From the IMG/VR virus record IMGVR_UViG_3300031994_000090: a stretch of DNA of 64,000 nucleotides; one strand, given 5' to 3'. Position numbers and translations under genes: made by a program. Positions 1-9,601 of the stretch are shown in pieces. The notes below the pieces were generated by a model, which was not told where the DNA came from, made no database searches, and was given only the letters and a program-made list of their open reading frames with translations. Every line of letters starts with the position of its first letter. Positions within the stretch are counted from its first letter, which is position 1. The DNA comes from an uncultured virus (IMG/VR IMGVR_UViG_3300031994_000090) (taxonomy: Duplodnaviria > Heunggongvirae > Uroviricota > Caudoviricetes).

Positions 1-139
1 TACCCGGACCACATCTTTCCTCTTTTATCCTTAACCCTTATCTCGGCAAGTTTGCCGGTCGGGCGGAAGATGGAAAACCATTTGTATATGTCGCTTTCGT
101 TGATTCGCAAGCCCATTCTCTTGACTATGTGTTATTGCG

Positions 140-838
140 CTATTGGTAGTGCGCATATTCATCCGTCTGCTCCGGGGCGGCGGGACTTTCCTCCTCGTAC
201 TCCGGCAGATTGTTAAGGAACGTGGAGAAGTTCTTAAGGTATCTTCCTCCCTGTTCCTCCAGATACATTGTGATAGACCGCTCTATCTGGGCAATCGTAT
301 GCGTCCGCAGAAGGGCCGCAATGCGTTGCTTGTCCTTTGAGCACTTTCCCGTGCTTCGTGGACCGGTGCCCGTTTCTGTCTTTCCGGGATAGAGCGCATA
401 AAGGCGATTGATTTCCGCCTCGTTCTTCTTTAAGATTTCTTCTATTGAAGTTGTCTTACTATTTGTTTTACCAGATGTATTAGATTTGTCCGTGTCGGCA
501 AATCGATTTTCGTTTTCTGACAAATCGATGTTTTCAAACAGAGAAATCGATTTGTTCGAGAGAGTATATGACAGCGTGTGGTCCCATGGGTTCTTGCTAT
601 TCTTCTCGGTAAGCACCCATCCGTCTCGCCGTAACTTCTGCAAAGGACCGGCGGCATTGAACTCCGGAAATTTAGTTTGCCAACTCTTAATGGAGTTGTA
701 GGTCCAATACTTCCCCTCGTGGAAGTTGATGCCCTTTTTCTCATTCTGCTTACACCAATAGGCAATCTCCTTCAGCACGATGGCCTCGGGGATGCCGCCA
801 ACCGCAAGGGCTATATCAACGTCGTAGGAGTGTATCAT
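140..838 (-). CDS. Phage replication initiator-like protein
   Basis: N-terminal HSYDVDIA...EAIVL...WTYNS winged-helix-like domain, S/T-rich linker, C-terminal LYALYP...YLKNFSTFLN; follows recombination genes. Confidence 0.6.
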   Translation of the reverse strand: MIHSYDVDIALAVGGIPEAIVLKEIAYWCKQNEKKGINFHEGKYWTYNSIKSWQTKFPEFNAAGPLQKLRRDGWVLTEKNSKNPWDHTLSYTLSNKSISLFENIDLSENENRFADTDKSNTSGKTNSKTTSIEEILKKNEAEINRLYALYPGKTETGTGPRSTGKCSKDKQRIAALLRTHTIAQIERSITMYLEEQGGRYLKNFSTFLNNLPEYEEESPAAPEQTDEYAHYQ

Positions 839-1263
839 TTCCTTTTTCCGTATTCTTGCATGAGTTCTTCAAAACCGGGGTCCTCGCGGGAAGGGAGCCA
901 CCAGTTATAGGTTTGCTGGGCCCACTGCTTGACCGCCGTGAGGAACTTACTCATTTCCTCTTCGGACATTTCGCTCGTGTGATAATCCTCGTAGGTTTCT
1001 TCGCCGGTGAAGACGTTGTAAACCTTTTTTCGTCCGAGGATTTCCCTCTTGACATCACGGGCGACGGCTTCTACGCTATTATCGCCGATAGTATCGGCCA
1101 TCAGGGAGCACCAGGCCCACCAAAGGGCGTTCTGGCTCGTCGTCCGCCTCGCAGAACGGCGAAGTTCCGTCAGGTCAACATCGCTCCCTTTTTCGGCAAG
1201 GTAGGATGCCCTGGCGAGGAACTTCGCTTTCTGCGTCGGGTCGGAATTATGAAAGACCGCCAT
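835..1263 (-). CDS. NinB/YbcN-like recombination protein
   Basis: RTTSQNALWWAW motif and HTSEMSEEEMSKFL...WA. Confidence 0.6.
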   Translation of the reverse strand: MAVFHNSDPTQKAKFLARASYLAEKGSDVDLTELRRSARRTTSQNALWWAWCSLMADTIGDNSVEAVARDVKREILGRKKVYNVFTGEETYEDYHTSEMSEEEMSKFLTAVKQWAQQTYNWWLPSREDPGFEELMQEYGKRK

Positions 1264-1739
1264 TAGAAGCCGAGGCTATCGTCATAATCCGACTGGGCAC
1301 CGGCTGGTGCTGGAGTCTGGGGGGCGGGAGCAGCCGGAGCCGAAGGGGCGGCAGGTGCCGCTACTTGGGCGAGGGTGCTTGCACCGGCGGGAGCCGCCTG
1401 GGCGCCACCGGCGGGAGCGGCACTGGCAAGGGCGATGGAGCGGAGTTCGACATGAGTGAACACATCTTTGCCGCTTCCGTCCTTCTTGTCGTAGAGGCTT
1501 CCGCGAACGATGAACTCAAAGTCCACCTTCGTGCCTACGGGAAAATTGTCGAGGGCCTTGCATGTCTCCTCGCGGGTAGCCTCCAACTTAATGTAGTTGG
1601 AGTTACGTTTCTCCCCAGTGTAGGGGTCGTAACTGGGCTGCTCGATGATGAGCACACGGGATACATAGGTCTTGTCGTTGTACTGACGGGTTTCGGTCTG
1701 GCCGACCATGTAAACCAGACCACGCTGAGTGATTGCCAT
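1263..1739 (-). CDS. Single-stranded DNA-binding protein (Bacteroidetes DUF3127-like)
   Basis: OB-fold-like N-terminus, Ala/Pro linker, acidic tail DYDDSLGF. Confidence 0.75.
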   Translation of the reverse strand: MAITQRGLVYMVGQTETRQYNDKTYVSRVLIIEQPSYDPYTGEKRNSNYIKLEATREETCKALDNFPVGTKVDFEFIVRGSLYDKKDGSGKDVFTHVELRSIALASAAPAGGAQAAPAGASTLAQVAAPAAPSAPAAPAPQTPAPAGAQSDYDDSLGF

Positions 1740-1741
1740 AA

Positions 1742-2425
1742 CTAAAATGCTCTGTCTTTTAAGTATTGGGTGAGATTGAATTTCGTAACGAAATCAGTGA
1801 AGTCGCAAACAAGCTGCTTATTCTCTTCCACCATGCCGTCATACCTTAAGCACTCAATGGCGCCGTAGGGTTTGATGCCGAGGGAAGAAACGTCGTAGCC
1901 ATGTTTTTCTTTCTTGTAGCCAGGGAACTCGAAGAGGTCAAAATAGAAGGTGTCGAGGCCGGTGAAATCGAGGTAGAACTTCCACTGTGCGGAATCGGTA
2001 TAATCGTCCAATTTGACCGCACTATATTTGGTTTTGATGTCGCGCACGAAGAGTCCGTGCAAAACATCAACCCTTCCGTGGACCCAAATATCCATGGAGG
2101 GAGTATGGAACTCGCGCCCTATCCATTCCTCATGGAAAGCATAGGGCAGTTTGTTCCGATACTTGAGCGCCATGGCGACTTGCTCCTCGTTGAAGATTAC
2201 CGGCCACCCTTCCACGGTCACTCGGAACTTACCCATTTCGTCAAGTTCCTCCAAAACCGCCTCTCCCTGCTCCACTATCGCATGGAACGCACTACCGATA
2301 CGTGTGTATTCGTTTCCCTGGAAGGGGGCGGTGAGCGCTTCAATCATTGCTTGTTGAGTCGTCCACTCGTCCCCGGCCAGGAACTTGCGATAGGTTTCAA
2401 GGGTGGTAATGGAAATGCGTTTCAT
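1742..2425 (-). CDS. PD-(D/E)XK exonuclease
   Basis: GSAFH, GRVD...DIKT, QWKFY motifs; between Sak4-like ATPase and SSB. Confidence 0.75.
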   Translation of the reverse strand: MKRISITTLETYRKFLAGDEWTTQQAMIEALTAPFQGNEYTRIGSAFHAIVEQGEAVLEELDEMGKFRVTVEGWPVIFNEEQVAMALKYRNKLPYAFHEEWIGREFHTPSMDIWVHGRVDVLHGLFVRDIKTKYSAVKLDDYTDSAQWKFYLDFTGLDTFYFDLFEFPGYKKEKHGYDVSSLGIKPYGAIECLRYDGMVEENKQLVCDFTDFVTKFNLTQYLKDRAF

Positions 2426-3318
2426 TACTCTTCCTTGAGGAATTTACCGGCCTCCTTGTTGAACTTCAGCCCCAGTTTCTTGAGCACCGGAGCAAGTTTC
2501 TTTTTCAGTGGCGTCACCTCGGGGGCAGGGCAAGCGTTGATGGCCGCGAGAGCGGCATCTGCGGAGGGCCCGTCTGTTACTTTGGCGATGGCCTCCTCGG
2601 CGGTCTTAATGGCCGAAAGAGCCTCGTTCTGGGCATTGGTGCGCTCTTGAATGCGCGTCTTGGTAGCGGCAATGATGTTTGCCATGGCCGTGGCGTAGGC
2701 GGGGTCGCTGGCGTCGGGGATGATGATGTCACCCAGACGGGCGGTATCCTTCGCTACGATGCGGTGATTCTTCTGGAAGTGGAGGACACGGGAGTTGTCG
2801 GCGCCATAGGAAAGGAAGCCAATCTGGTCGGCGATACGCTGAACGAGGTCCTTGGACTGGCCGGTGACAGAGGGATAGAAGATGCGGTCGTCGCCATCCT
2901 TATCCTCTGCGGCGTGAGCCAGGATAACGAGGTCCACATTGATGCTACGGAGGTAGGCCACGAAAGCCTTGAAAGCGTCTCCGACATAACCAAACATCTT
3001 CAGCTTGTTCTTCTTGGAAGCGTCGTCAACGCGCATGGCGTAGTCGCAGAGGAAATCATCGAGGCAAGCCTTGGCGGTGTCGATGATAACCGTCTTGTAA
3101 TTTTTGAAGGTCTCCTTCTCTGCCACGATGTCCTCCCACTTGGAGCACACGAGCGTATCCTTGCGGACCACGGCACGGTCTGCGCCACGGTCACAGTCAA
3201 CGAGAACGGGATTTTCTGCGGTGTTTGAAAGGGAAGTTTTTCCCACGCCCGGAACACCATAAACGAGCATGACCACCGGACGGGCCGGGAACTGGTCGGT
3301 TGCTTTTACGATTGGCAT
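2425..3318 (-). CDS. Sak4-like AAA ATPase (ssDNA annealing)
   Basis: Walker A YGVPGVGKT, VIIDT, ILAH; Sak4-exonuclease-SSB synteny. Confidence 0.8.
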   Translation of the reverse strand: MPIVKATDQFPARPVVMLVYGVPGVGKTSLSNTAENPVLVDCDRGADRAVVRKDTLVCSKWEDIVAEKETFKNYKTVIIDTAKACLDDFLCDYAMRVDDASKKNKLKMFGYVGDAFKAFVAYLRSINVDLVILAHAAEDKDGDDRIFYPSVTGQSKDLVQRIADQIGFLSYGADNSRVLHFQKNHRIVAKDTARLGDIIIPDASDPAYATAMANIIAATKTRIQERTNAQNEALSAIKTAEEAIAKVTDGPSADAALAAINACPAPEVTPLKKKLAPVLKKLGLKFNKEAGKFLKEE

Positions 3319-3348
3319 TGTGAATTGATATTAAGTGAAACAAAAAAA

Positions 3349-3626
3349 TTACTTAACGAACCGAAGCATCGGCATCATGTCGCGGGTGACGGTTCCCCAG
3401 CTCTCGCCCAGGGGTTTTATTCTGCCATCCTTATCGAGCTGAACAGTCGCCTTGGACTTCCATACCATGAAGCCATGGAGGCGAGACTTAAGGCGCTTCG
3501 TCTGTTCGCGCCGGAGTTCCTTATACTGTTCGTAAGGCATCTTTGCCGGACGCTCATTGAGGATTTCCCCAAACCTTCTTACGGTAATGACCTGGGGGGG
3601 GTAAATGTTGCTTTCTTTCTTGCCAT
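3349..3626 (-). pseudogene. Hypothetical gene frameshifted at a C8 tract (phase-OFF state or sequencing error)
   Basis: ATG at 3626 reads MARKKATFTPP and then stops; one extra C at 3594-3601 fuses it in frame to ORF 3349-3540. Confidence 0.6.
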
Positions 3627-3642
3627 AGTATTGTGAATTAAG

Positions 3643-4137
3643 TTATTGCCAATCCGTCACCTCGAACTCAAGGTCAAGGCGGCTTTCGTCGAAGTCCGAC
3701 TTCCTCGCTTTCCCGCTGGAATCAAGAACCTCGACCTTTGTGATTTCGCAGTTGCACTCCCAGTTGGTCTCTATGAACATCTGGGGTATGCCCCACGCAT
3801 CGTCGGTAAACCTGGTCTTGGTCTCGTGTGCCCGCATTTCGATGGTGAGGTAGATTGCCGCATCGTCCGGAAGTCCCGCATCGACCTCGATGGTCCGGTG
3901 CTCATCCTCCATGCAGTCAACAGCATTATGAATCCGCCTTTGCAGTTCACGGTATGCTTCGCCGGTGATATGCACCGGGGAGAAGAACTTGCTCCAGAGC
4001 CACCCGCAGAGGGCGGCTATTGCAAGGCAACTGCCCGTCCAGAGGAGATTGCAGGAGCCGTCGGGGTTCTCTGCGCATCCGAGGAAGATAGCGGCTACCG
4101 TTATCAATCCGAGAAGGGTTCCGAGTATCTTTTTCAT
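3643..4137 (-). CDS. Membrane-anchored hypothetical protein
   Basis: Two N-terminal hydrophobic segments. Confidence 0.6.
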   Translation of the reverse strand: MKKILGTLLGLITVAAIFLGCAENPDGSCNLLWTGSCLAIAALCGWLWSKFFSPVHITGEAYRELQRRIHNAVDCMEDEHRTIEVDAGLPDDAAIYLTIEMRAHETKTRFTDDAWGIPQMFIETNWECNCEITKVEVLDSSGKARKSDFDESRLDLEFEVTDWQ

Positions 4138-4236
4138 GCTCTTAAGAAAATGCCGGGATGAGACGCAGAGGCCCCGGCGATGTACTAAAACCTAAACTAA
4201 TCAACTCCCGCTGCGCCTCCATCGCATCACTGCGAG

Positions 4237-4962
4237 TTAAAAAAGTTGTAATTGACCGACTTCTTGCTTGCGCCCCAGGATGAGGTCGCAAATGAAATTG
4301 CGGGCATAGTCCGGAGACATGAGCGACCGCTCTTCCGAGCAGATGCCCGCCTTGATACCAGACTTGCTGTTCAGAACCGTCTTCCGTTTCTCCGGCTCTT
4401 GCAGCGTCTCGCCTTGCTCCGGAGAGCAGTTGATAAACCAGTAGGCCGTGGGCTTTTTGAAATAGTCCCCACGACGCGTCCGGTCCTTGTCGATGATTGT
4501 TGGCCGGAGGAAGACCTGGGTGAGCAAGAGGTAGTGAGGTTGAGTAGCCGGATTCTCAATGATGAGCCGGAGACCGCGAACCTGGGCGATTCCAACCAAC
4601 TTATAGAGTAGAACCAAGAATTTCTCTCGATTCTGAATCCTCTCGACAACCCGCTCGAACTTCTGTTGAGTTGTAAGGCCCCGTTGGTTCAGATGCTCGA
4701 AGGTGTACTCCATCATCTGCATCGCCTCGAAGTATATGCAGGGAAAGAAGGCCAGAACGATGTCGTCCTTCGACATAGCATCGAATATGCTACCCCCCCC
4801 CACGAACGCTTTTTCAATCTCGGCGAAAAGGTCAACCACATGGTCGGTCTGGCCGAAATTGTTCTGGATGTCGTAGTCTTCCGCCGGGATGCCGAGTTTC
4901 AGGAACTCATTCTTGAATGTGCCGGATTGCTCGAACAAACAGAAAGCCCGTCTTACTTCCAT
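4237..4962 (-). CDS. DNA cytosine methyltransferase-like protein
   Basis: CLFEQSG (motif I-like), FFPC, IIENP, KKPT; G9 tract on coding strand. Confidence 0.65.
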   Translation of the reverse strand: MEVRRAFCLFEQSGTFKNEFLKLGIPAEDYDIQNNFGQTDHVVDLFAEIEKAFVGGGSIFDAMSKDDIVLAFFPCIYFEAMQMMEYTFEHLNQRGLTTQQKFERVVERIQNREKFLVLLYKLVGIAQVRGLRLIIENPATQPHYLLLTQVFLRPTIIDKDRTRRGDYFKKPTAYWFINCSPEQGETLQEPEKRKTVLNSKSGIKAGICSEERSLMSPDYARNFICDLILGRKQEVGQLQLF

Positions 4963-5171
4963 AACAACTGATAGACTTCCTTCGCCCAGACGCCGACAAC
5001 GCCGTTGGCGGATGCCTTGTGCAGCTTGCCTTCGGCGATGTAGCGGGACACGCTCTGCGGTGTCCTACCCAGAACAAATGCGGCTTCTCCGCAAGTCATT
5101 ACGCGAGTCTCATTGTTCATGGCCGTGTCAAGCCTCTGAAGAGCCGTAATAACTTCGGAGAGTTCTTTCAT
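4953..5171 (-). CDS. Small HTH (excisionase-like) protein
   Basis: MTCGEAAFVLGRTPQSVSRYIAEGKL. Confidence 0.65.
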   Translation of the reverse strand: MKELSEVITALQRLDTAMNNETRVMTCGEAAFVLGRTPQSVSRYIAEGKLHKASANGVVGVWAKEVYQLLWK

Positions 5172-5413
5172 CGCTTGTTGATTGTTATACGAAGAACGAG
5201 GTCTGTGTATTTGACCTCGGTGGTTACTTTATAGGGATGCTCTGCATCTGCGTTCACCTTCGAGCAAGTCACTTGCAGGGAACGCAACTTCGAGAAATCT
5301 TTCATCTTGAGTTCGTAGATGCCGGATTTGAGAGACTTCACAAACTCTAACCACTGACCGTTGTCAAAAAGAGAACGCTCGCCGTCTTTCAATTCCTTGT
5401 ACTGGTTTGCCAT
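5168..5413 (-). CDS. Hypothetical protein, first gene of leftward early operon
   Basis: 81 aa ORF overlapping next gene. Confidence 0.6.
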   Translation of the reverse strand: MANQYKELKDGERSLFDNGQWLEFVKSLKSGIYELKMKDFSKLRSLQVTCSKVNADAEHPYKVTTEVKYTDLVLRITINKR

Positions 5414-5824
5414 ATAATGTATTCCTTGTAATCATAGAGGAAGGCTCTCGTGGTCAAGCCGGGAGCCCTTGGGTAAATTATGAGTATAATTGCCTCACTC
5501 TGCCTTACACGCGGACTTGTGACCGCCGTCGGTGGCATTAAGGCCATTTCGTTTTTCGCAGACTATTGCCCATTTTTCAAAGGTAGGCATCGGATTACGT
5601 CGCTCCGTGCCATCACTCGCCTCGACCCCCTTTGTCTGTTACTCTTCGTGCGGTATGGGCTCACAGAAGTTACGCTTCTGGTCTTGCCGTTTAGAGGACG
5701 CAACCCCCACCGGTCTGCCGGATAACTCCCACTCTGAACTCCTGGTCGTCAAGCAACCCCTCGGAGAACCAACGGAGCATTGAGCCCGGGACAACGATTG
5801 TGACACAAAGTTGTATAATCACTA

Positions 5825-5856
5825 TTTGCATAGTTGGTTGAAAATTCCTAAATTTG
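5825..5856 (+). promoter_or_regulatory. Bacteroidota sigma-A promoter toward repressor
   Basis: TTTG (5825-5828)-N20-TAAATTTG (5849-5856). Confidence 0.65.
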
Positions 5857-5969
5857 CGGTGGACTTAATACGAGAAAGTGCTTTGTAAGTACCTTCAAGC
5901 GCTTTTTTAGGCTTTGCAACCGGTATGCCAACTCGGTTTCACAATCGTTGTTTAACCGAACTCCGGCTA

Positions 5970-6000
5970 CAAAGGTAGTGATAATTTTCACAAGTCCAAA
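5970..6000 (-). promoter_or_regulatory. Bacteroidota sigma-A promoter toward early operon
   Basis: Minus strand TTTG (6000-5997)-N19-TACCTTTG (5977-5970). Confidence 0.7.
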
Positions 6001-6031
6001 CTTTTTTTGAGAAAATTTTAACAGAAAGTTT

Positions 6032-6352
6032 ATGGACGGCTTTGTAAACAGATTATTTGAGTTCATGGAGGCCAAGGGCCTAACTCAAAATGCCTTTGAG
6101 CAGAAGTGCGGTCTCACGCACACCAACATCCGCACCCTGAAGCAAGGGCCGACGGCTTCCTATCTTATGAAAATTCTCACAACCTTCCCCGACCTTTCGA
6201 TGGATTGGCTCTTTCGGGGAACGGGCAGTATGCTGGTGGGGGAATTGTCACAACCCAAGACTACGCCGTCAGTCTCTATCGGAACTATCCAGACCGTCAA
6301 CATCGGGAACTGGGGTGAACTTGTAGAACTTCTTAAAACCAATAAGCAATGA
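6032..6352 (+). CDS. XRE-family HTH repressor (CI-like)
   Basis: GLTQNAFEQKCGL...LSMDWLFRGTGSM; divergent from early operon. Confidence 0.75.
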   Translation: MDGFVNRLFEFMEAKGLTQNAFEQKCGLTHTNIRTLKQGPTASYLMKILTTFPDLSMDWLFRGTGSMLVGELSQPKTTPSVSIGTIQTVNIGNWGELVELLKTNKQ

Positions 6353-6729
6353 AAAGACTAATCTCACTGCTCGTGTTGCTCGTCGGCATTGCTGTCTATG
6401 GGCAAGACTATGAGGAAGCATCCGTGTACCTGTTCGAGAAGGGACGGACCATGATGTTTGTCCTCCAAGACGAAGACCACTACCTCGGAATGTATTTCTT
6501 CCCCAACACCGAGAACCGCGAAAAGGCTTTCGTTGAGGTGGAAATGCGGGACTATACGAAGTCTTCTGAACTAAAGGACCTGATATTCAAACCAGAGGTT
6601 TCCGGCAGCATGATTAAACTCTACGCTTCGGACGGAACCTATATCTGGCACGTCATGTTCCACTATGATACCGCCTTCGTCTATAATGCCAAGGGGGAGT
6701 TCCTTTTCAAGATACCAAGACACAGTTAG
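6349..6729 (+). CDS. Secreted hypothetical protein (lysogeny module)
   Basis: Signal peptide MKRLISLLVLLVGIAVYG-Q. Confidence 0.6.
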   Translation: MKRLISLLVLLVGIAVYGQDYEEASVYLFEKGRTMMFVLQDEDHYLGMYFFPNTENREKAFVEVEMRDYTKSSELKDLIFKPEVSGSMIKLYASDGTYIWHVMFHYDTAFVYNAKGEFLFKIPRHS

Positions 6730-6730
6730 C

Positions 6731-7054
6731 ATGGAACAACCAATGACCGAAGCCCAAAGGGCTCAATATCTTATCGACCACTGTTGCGGAGGTTCGGCGG
6801 CTGAGTTCGCGAGAGCCATAGGGATAGACAAGGCCCGCATGTCTCGGATAGTTCACGGCCACTTCCGCTTAAACAAACTCTTTGACCGCATCATTGAAGC
6901 CTACCCGAACGTAAGCCCGCAATGGCTTCGTACCGGCGAGGGGTATCCCGGCGACATTTCAACCGAACTGGTGAAGCAGAGGCTTACGAAGATTATTGAA
7001 GAGAAGGATGCGCTTATAAGGACACTTCAAAGGGTAATAGAGGAGAAGTTATGA
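6731..7054 (+). CDS. Second XRE-family HTH regulator
   Basis: SAAEFARAIGIDKARMSRI...VSPQWLRTGEG. Confidence 0.7.
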   Translation: MEQPMTEAQRAQYLIDHCCGGSAAEFARAIGIDKARMSRIVHGHFRLNKLFDRIIEAYPNVSPQWLRTGEGYPGDISTELVKQRLTKIIEEKDALIRTLQRVIEEKL

Positions 7055-8220
7055 AGTTTAACTGGAACCTATATGCTCCCAATAAGGAGAGCAGTCCGAT
7101 AAGGGTGGTTATCAACCATCACGGGAAGACATATTACAAAGCCATTGGTATAACCATCCCCACAAGACAATGGAAGATACCCAAGAGAGGCCCGCAGTAT
7201 TGCACCGATACCAAAGTGGCGGCAAAGATGCGCAAGATTGACCTCTACCTCCAGACCTATCTCGATGATTACTCCACCGAGGAGGACATTCGCAAGGTGC
7301 TCTCGGGAATCGCCGCAGGGCGGGCAGAAATGCCCGTAGAAACGCCCGAAGCCCCCAAGACCTTCTGGGGGTTCTATGACGAGTATGCGGCCCGCGAAAG
7401 GCCCGCAAAACGCCAACATGTAAGCACCAATAAGATAATCGGTGAGATAATGGGTAGGCACGATGATTGGAACGACCTGACGGATGGGTGGTTCAGAAGG
7501 CTCGTGGACGGATTCAACGCCCGAAACTACTCCGAGAACTACAAGTCCTCGATGATAACCAAATTGAAGTCCTGTCTGCAAGAAGCCCTTGATGCTGGAT
7601 TTCATCACAATACCGCTTTCCTTCGCGTCAAAAAGAACTTCATGCCCGCAGATAGTATCTACCTCACCGAAGAGGAAATCGAGCGCCTGTGGGCCTTGGA
7701 ATTGAAAGATAAGCACCTCTGCGCGGTTCGAGACCTTTTCCTCCTCGGCTTCTACACGGGTGCGCGGTTCGGGGACTACTCGCAGCTTGACGAAAGCATG
7801 ATACGGGATGGGGTGATACACCTTACCTCCCGAAAGACGGGAGTGGAGTCGCTGATACCCTGCTCCCCAAGGGTGGTGAAGATGCTTAAGCGAAACGGCG
7901 GGCATGCACCGAGAATGTCCCAGGTGGAACTCAATCGGGAGATAAAGACGGTCTGCATGTATGCGAAGATAAACCAACCCGTCACGACCACTATCGTTAA
8001 GGGCGGTAAGCAAGTCAAGACCACGAAGCCGAAATATATGCTTGTGTCAAGTCATTGTAGCCGGAGGTCATTGGCGACCAATCTGGTTCTGCAAGGTTTG
8101 CCCGAAAGGTCTATCATGCTCCTTACGGGACATAAGAACGAGAAGAGTTTTGCTACCTATGTGAAATTGACAAAGGAAGAGAACGCGATTGCTTTGAAAG
8201 GTAATTCGCTATTCAAGTAA
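7051..8220 (+). CDS. int: Tyrosine integrase
   Basis: TGARFGD, HCSRRS, TGH, TY catalytic residues; N-terminal arm-binding-like domain. Confidence 0.92.
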   Translation: MKFNWNLYAPNKESSPIRVVINHHGKTYYKAIGITIPTRQWKIPKRGPQYCTDTKVAAKMRKIDLYLQTYLDDYSTEEDIRKVLSGIAAGRAEMPVETPEAPKTFWGFYDEYAARERPAKRQHVSTNKIIGEIMGRHDDWNDLTDGWFRRLVDGFNARNYSENYKSSMITKLKSCLQEALDAGFHHNTAFLRVKKNFMPADSIYLTEEEIERLWALELKDKHLCAVRDLFLLGFYTGARFGDYSQLDESMIRDGVIHLTSRKTGVESLIPCSPRVVKMLKRNGGHAPRMSQVELNREIKTVCMYAKINQPVTTTIVKGGKQVKTTKPKYMLVSSHCSRRSLATNLVLQGLPERSIMLLTGHKNEKSFATYVKLTKEENAIALKGNSLFK

Positions 8221-8244
8221 TCCAAAAAGTAATCCATTGGCAAA

Positions 8245-8291
8245 AATAATCCCCGCAACTAACTGATTTTTCGTTAATTGCGGGGATTGTT
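8245..8291. terminator. Hairpin terminator next to att core
   Basis: AATAATCCCCGCAA...TTGCGGGGATTGTT inverted repeat. Confidence 0.6.
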
Positions 8292-8306
8292 GGTGACTCC
8301 TACAGG
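8291..8306 (-). other. Candidate attP core (tRNA 3' end fragment)
   Basis: Minus strand CCTGT-AGGAGTC-A-CCA fits T-stem 3' arm, acceptor strand, discriminator and CCA; flanked by AAGTAATCCA repeats. Confidence 0.6.
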
Positions 8307-8409
8307 GTGTGCTCAAAACCACGTTTTACGGCTTGTAGGGCATTGTAGGGCGGTTTGTGTTAAGGATAGTTAACACGTTTTTTAAGGGTTTTTCACTTCA
8401 AGTAATCCA

Positions 8410-8967
8410 TCATGGATTACTCCTTAACTTTGCATCTTCAATGGCTTGCGCCTGCCTTGATAATGGGATAATACCTTTCGATAGATTGATTACGGGATTA
8501 AAGGCATAAATGAAAATCAGGGACTCCTTTGGCTCGGGGCAAGGAATGGAAAGCCTCTCGTTGAAAGCCTTATTCCGCTCCCACTTTGTAATTGGGTTGT
8601 TTGCATTTTGCTTACACGTCACCCACCTGAGATTCTTGGCGCGATTGTCGGTTTTAATCCCGTTCCGATGGTCAATCGAAGTGCACCCCCATTCTCTTTG
8701 AATAAACGCAAGGGCAACGAGTTTGTGTGCATAATACATTTTGCCCGCAACACGAACCTTGTAATACCCATTTTTTCTTGACAAGTGCTGCCTAAATATC
8801 ATTTCGGGAAAATGATAGCGCCCACCAAAGAACGGCATCCGTTTTACCCTTCCGTAATTAGACACGAAATATACGCCATATTCTTTACTGTCCTCAATTT
8901 TCCTCCATATTTCCCCAGGAAAATCTTCAAGCAACAACCATCTTTCCGAATTAACCTCTACTTTCAT
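8410..8967 (-). CDS. NUMOD4/HNH homing endonuclease
   Basis: EIWRKI...YFVSNYGRVK (NUMOD4); HKLVALAF...IDHRNGIKTDNRAKNLRW (HNH). Confidence 0.88.
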   Translation of the reverse strand: MKVEVNSERWLLLEDFPGEIWRKIEDSKEYGVYFVSNYGRVKRMPFFGGRYHFPEMIFRQHLSRKNGYYKVRVAGKMYYAHKLVALAFIQREWGCTSIDHRNGIKTDNRAKNLRWVTCKQNANNPITKWERNKAFNERLSIPCPEPKESLIFIYAFNPVINLSKGIIPLSRQAQAIEDAKLRSNP

Positions 8968-9261
8968 AGTTCAATTATTAAAAACCGCATCAGTAGGTAG
9001 GGACTACTGACGCGGTTATATAGATTGCCCCTTACGGGACTACTCTATTTCGTGTTTGCGCACCGTTCCCTACTCGGTACAGTGCAAAGGTAGCAATTCT
9101 AACAACAATATACAACACTTGTTGCGTTTTTTCAAATAGAAAAAGCCACGAGGGCATAATACCCCCGTGGCGACCAATCAAAAATCACATTTCACCATGA
9201 AGTGTGATAGTGGCCATGGTGGCGGTCAGGCGACCATGGCCAAGTGCAAAGATAGCATTTT

Positions 9262-9597
9262 CTACGACAACCCCTTCGTGTTAGGGTTAATCATATCGGA
9301 ATGCTGTTGATACATATCTGCGCATCCCATAAGGTAATTTCCGAATTTCCGGGCATCGCCGAAGCCTTTCAATCCCTTCGCCTGGGCGATGCAATAGGCG
9401 CCAAGGGTGGCGAGATTGTGCGGGCCTATCTGGCCGCTTCCGAGAAGGCTGATTAGGCACCCTCCCATCTTCTGTTCGTCCCCACGCATGGCGATGCAGA
9501 CTTTGTTCTGGGCGTCAGACTGCACTGCGATGGTGCAGTTAAGGTTATTCTCGACCACAAGGTTTTTGATTTTCTGTATAACTTCTTCTGGTGTCAT
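9262..9597 (-). CDS. Hypothetical protein
   Basis: 111 aa ORF in early array. Confidence 0.6.
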   Translation of the reverse strand: MTPEEVIQKIKNLVVENNLNCTIAVQSDAQNKVCIAMRGDEQKMGGCLISLLGSGQIGPHNLATLGAYCIAQAKGLKGFGDARKFGNYLMGCADMYQQHSDMINPNTKGLS

Positions 9598-9601
9598 AGT
9601 G

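Noticed and set aside
8291..8306. Complete tRNA gene
   Set aside because: Only the last 16 nt are tRNA-like; no T-loop, D-arm or anticodon arm
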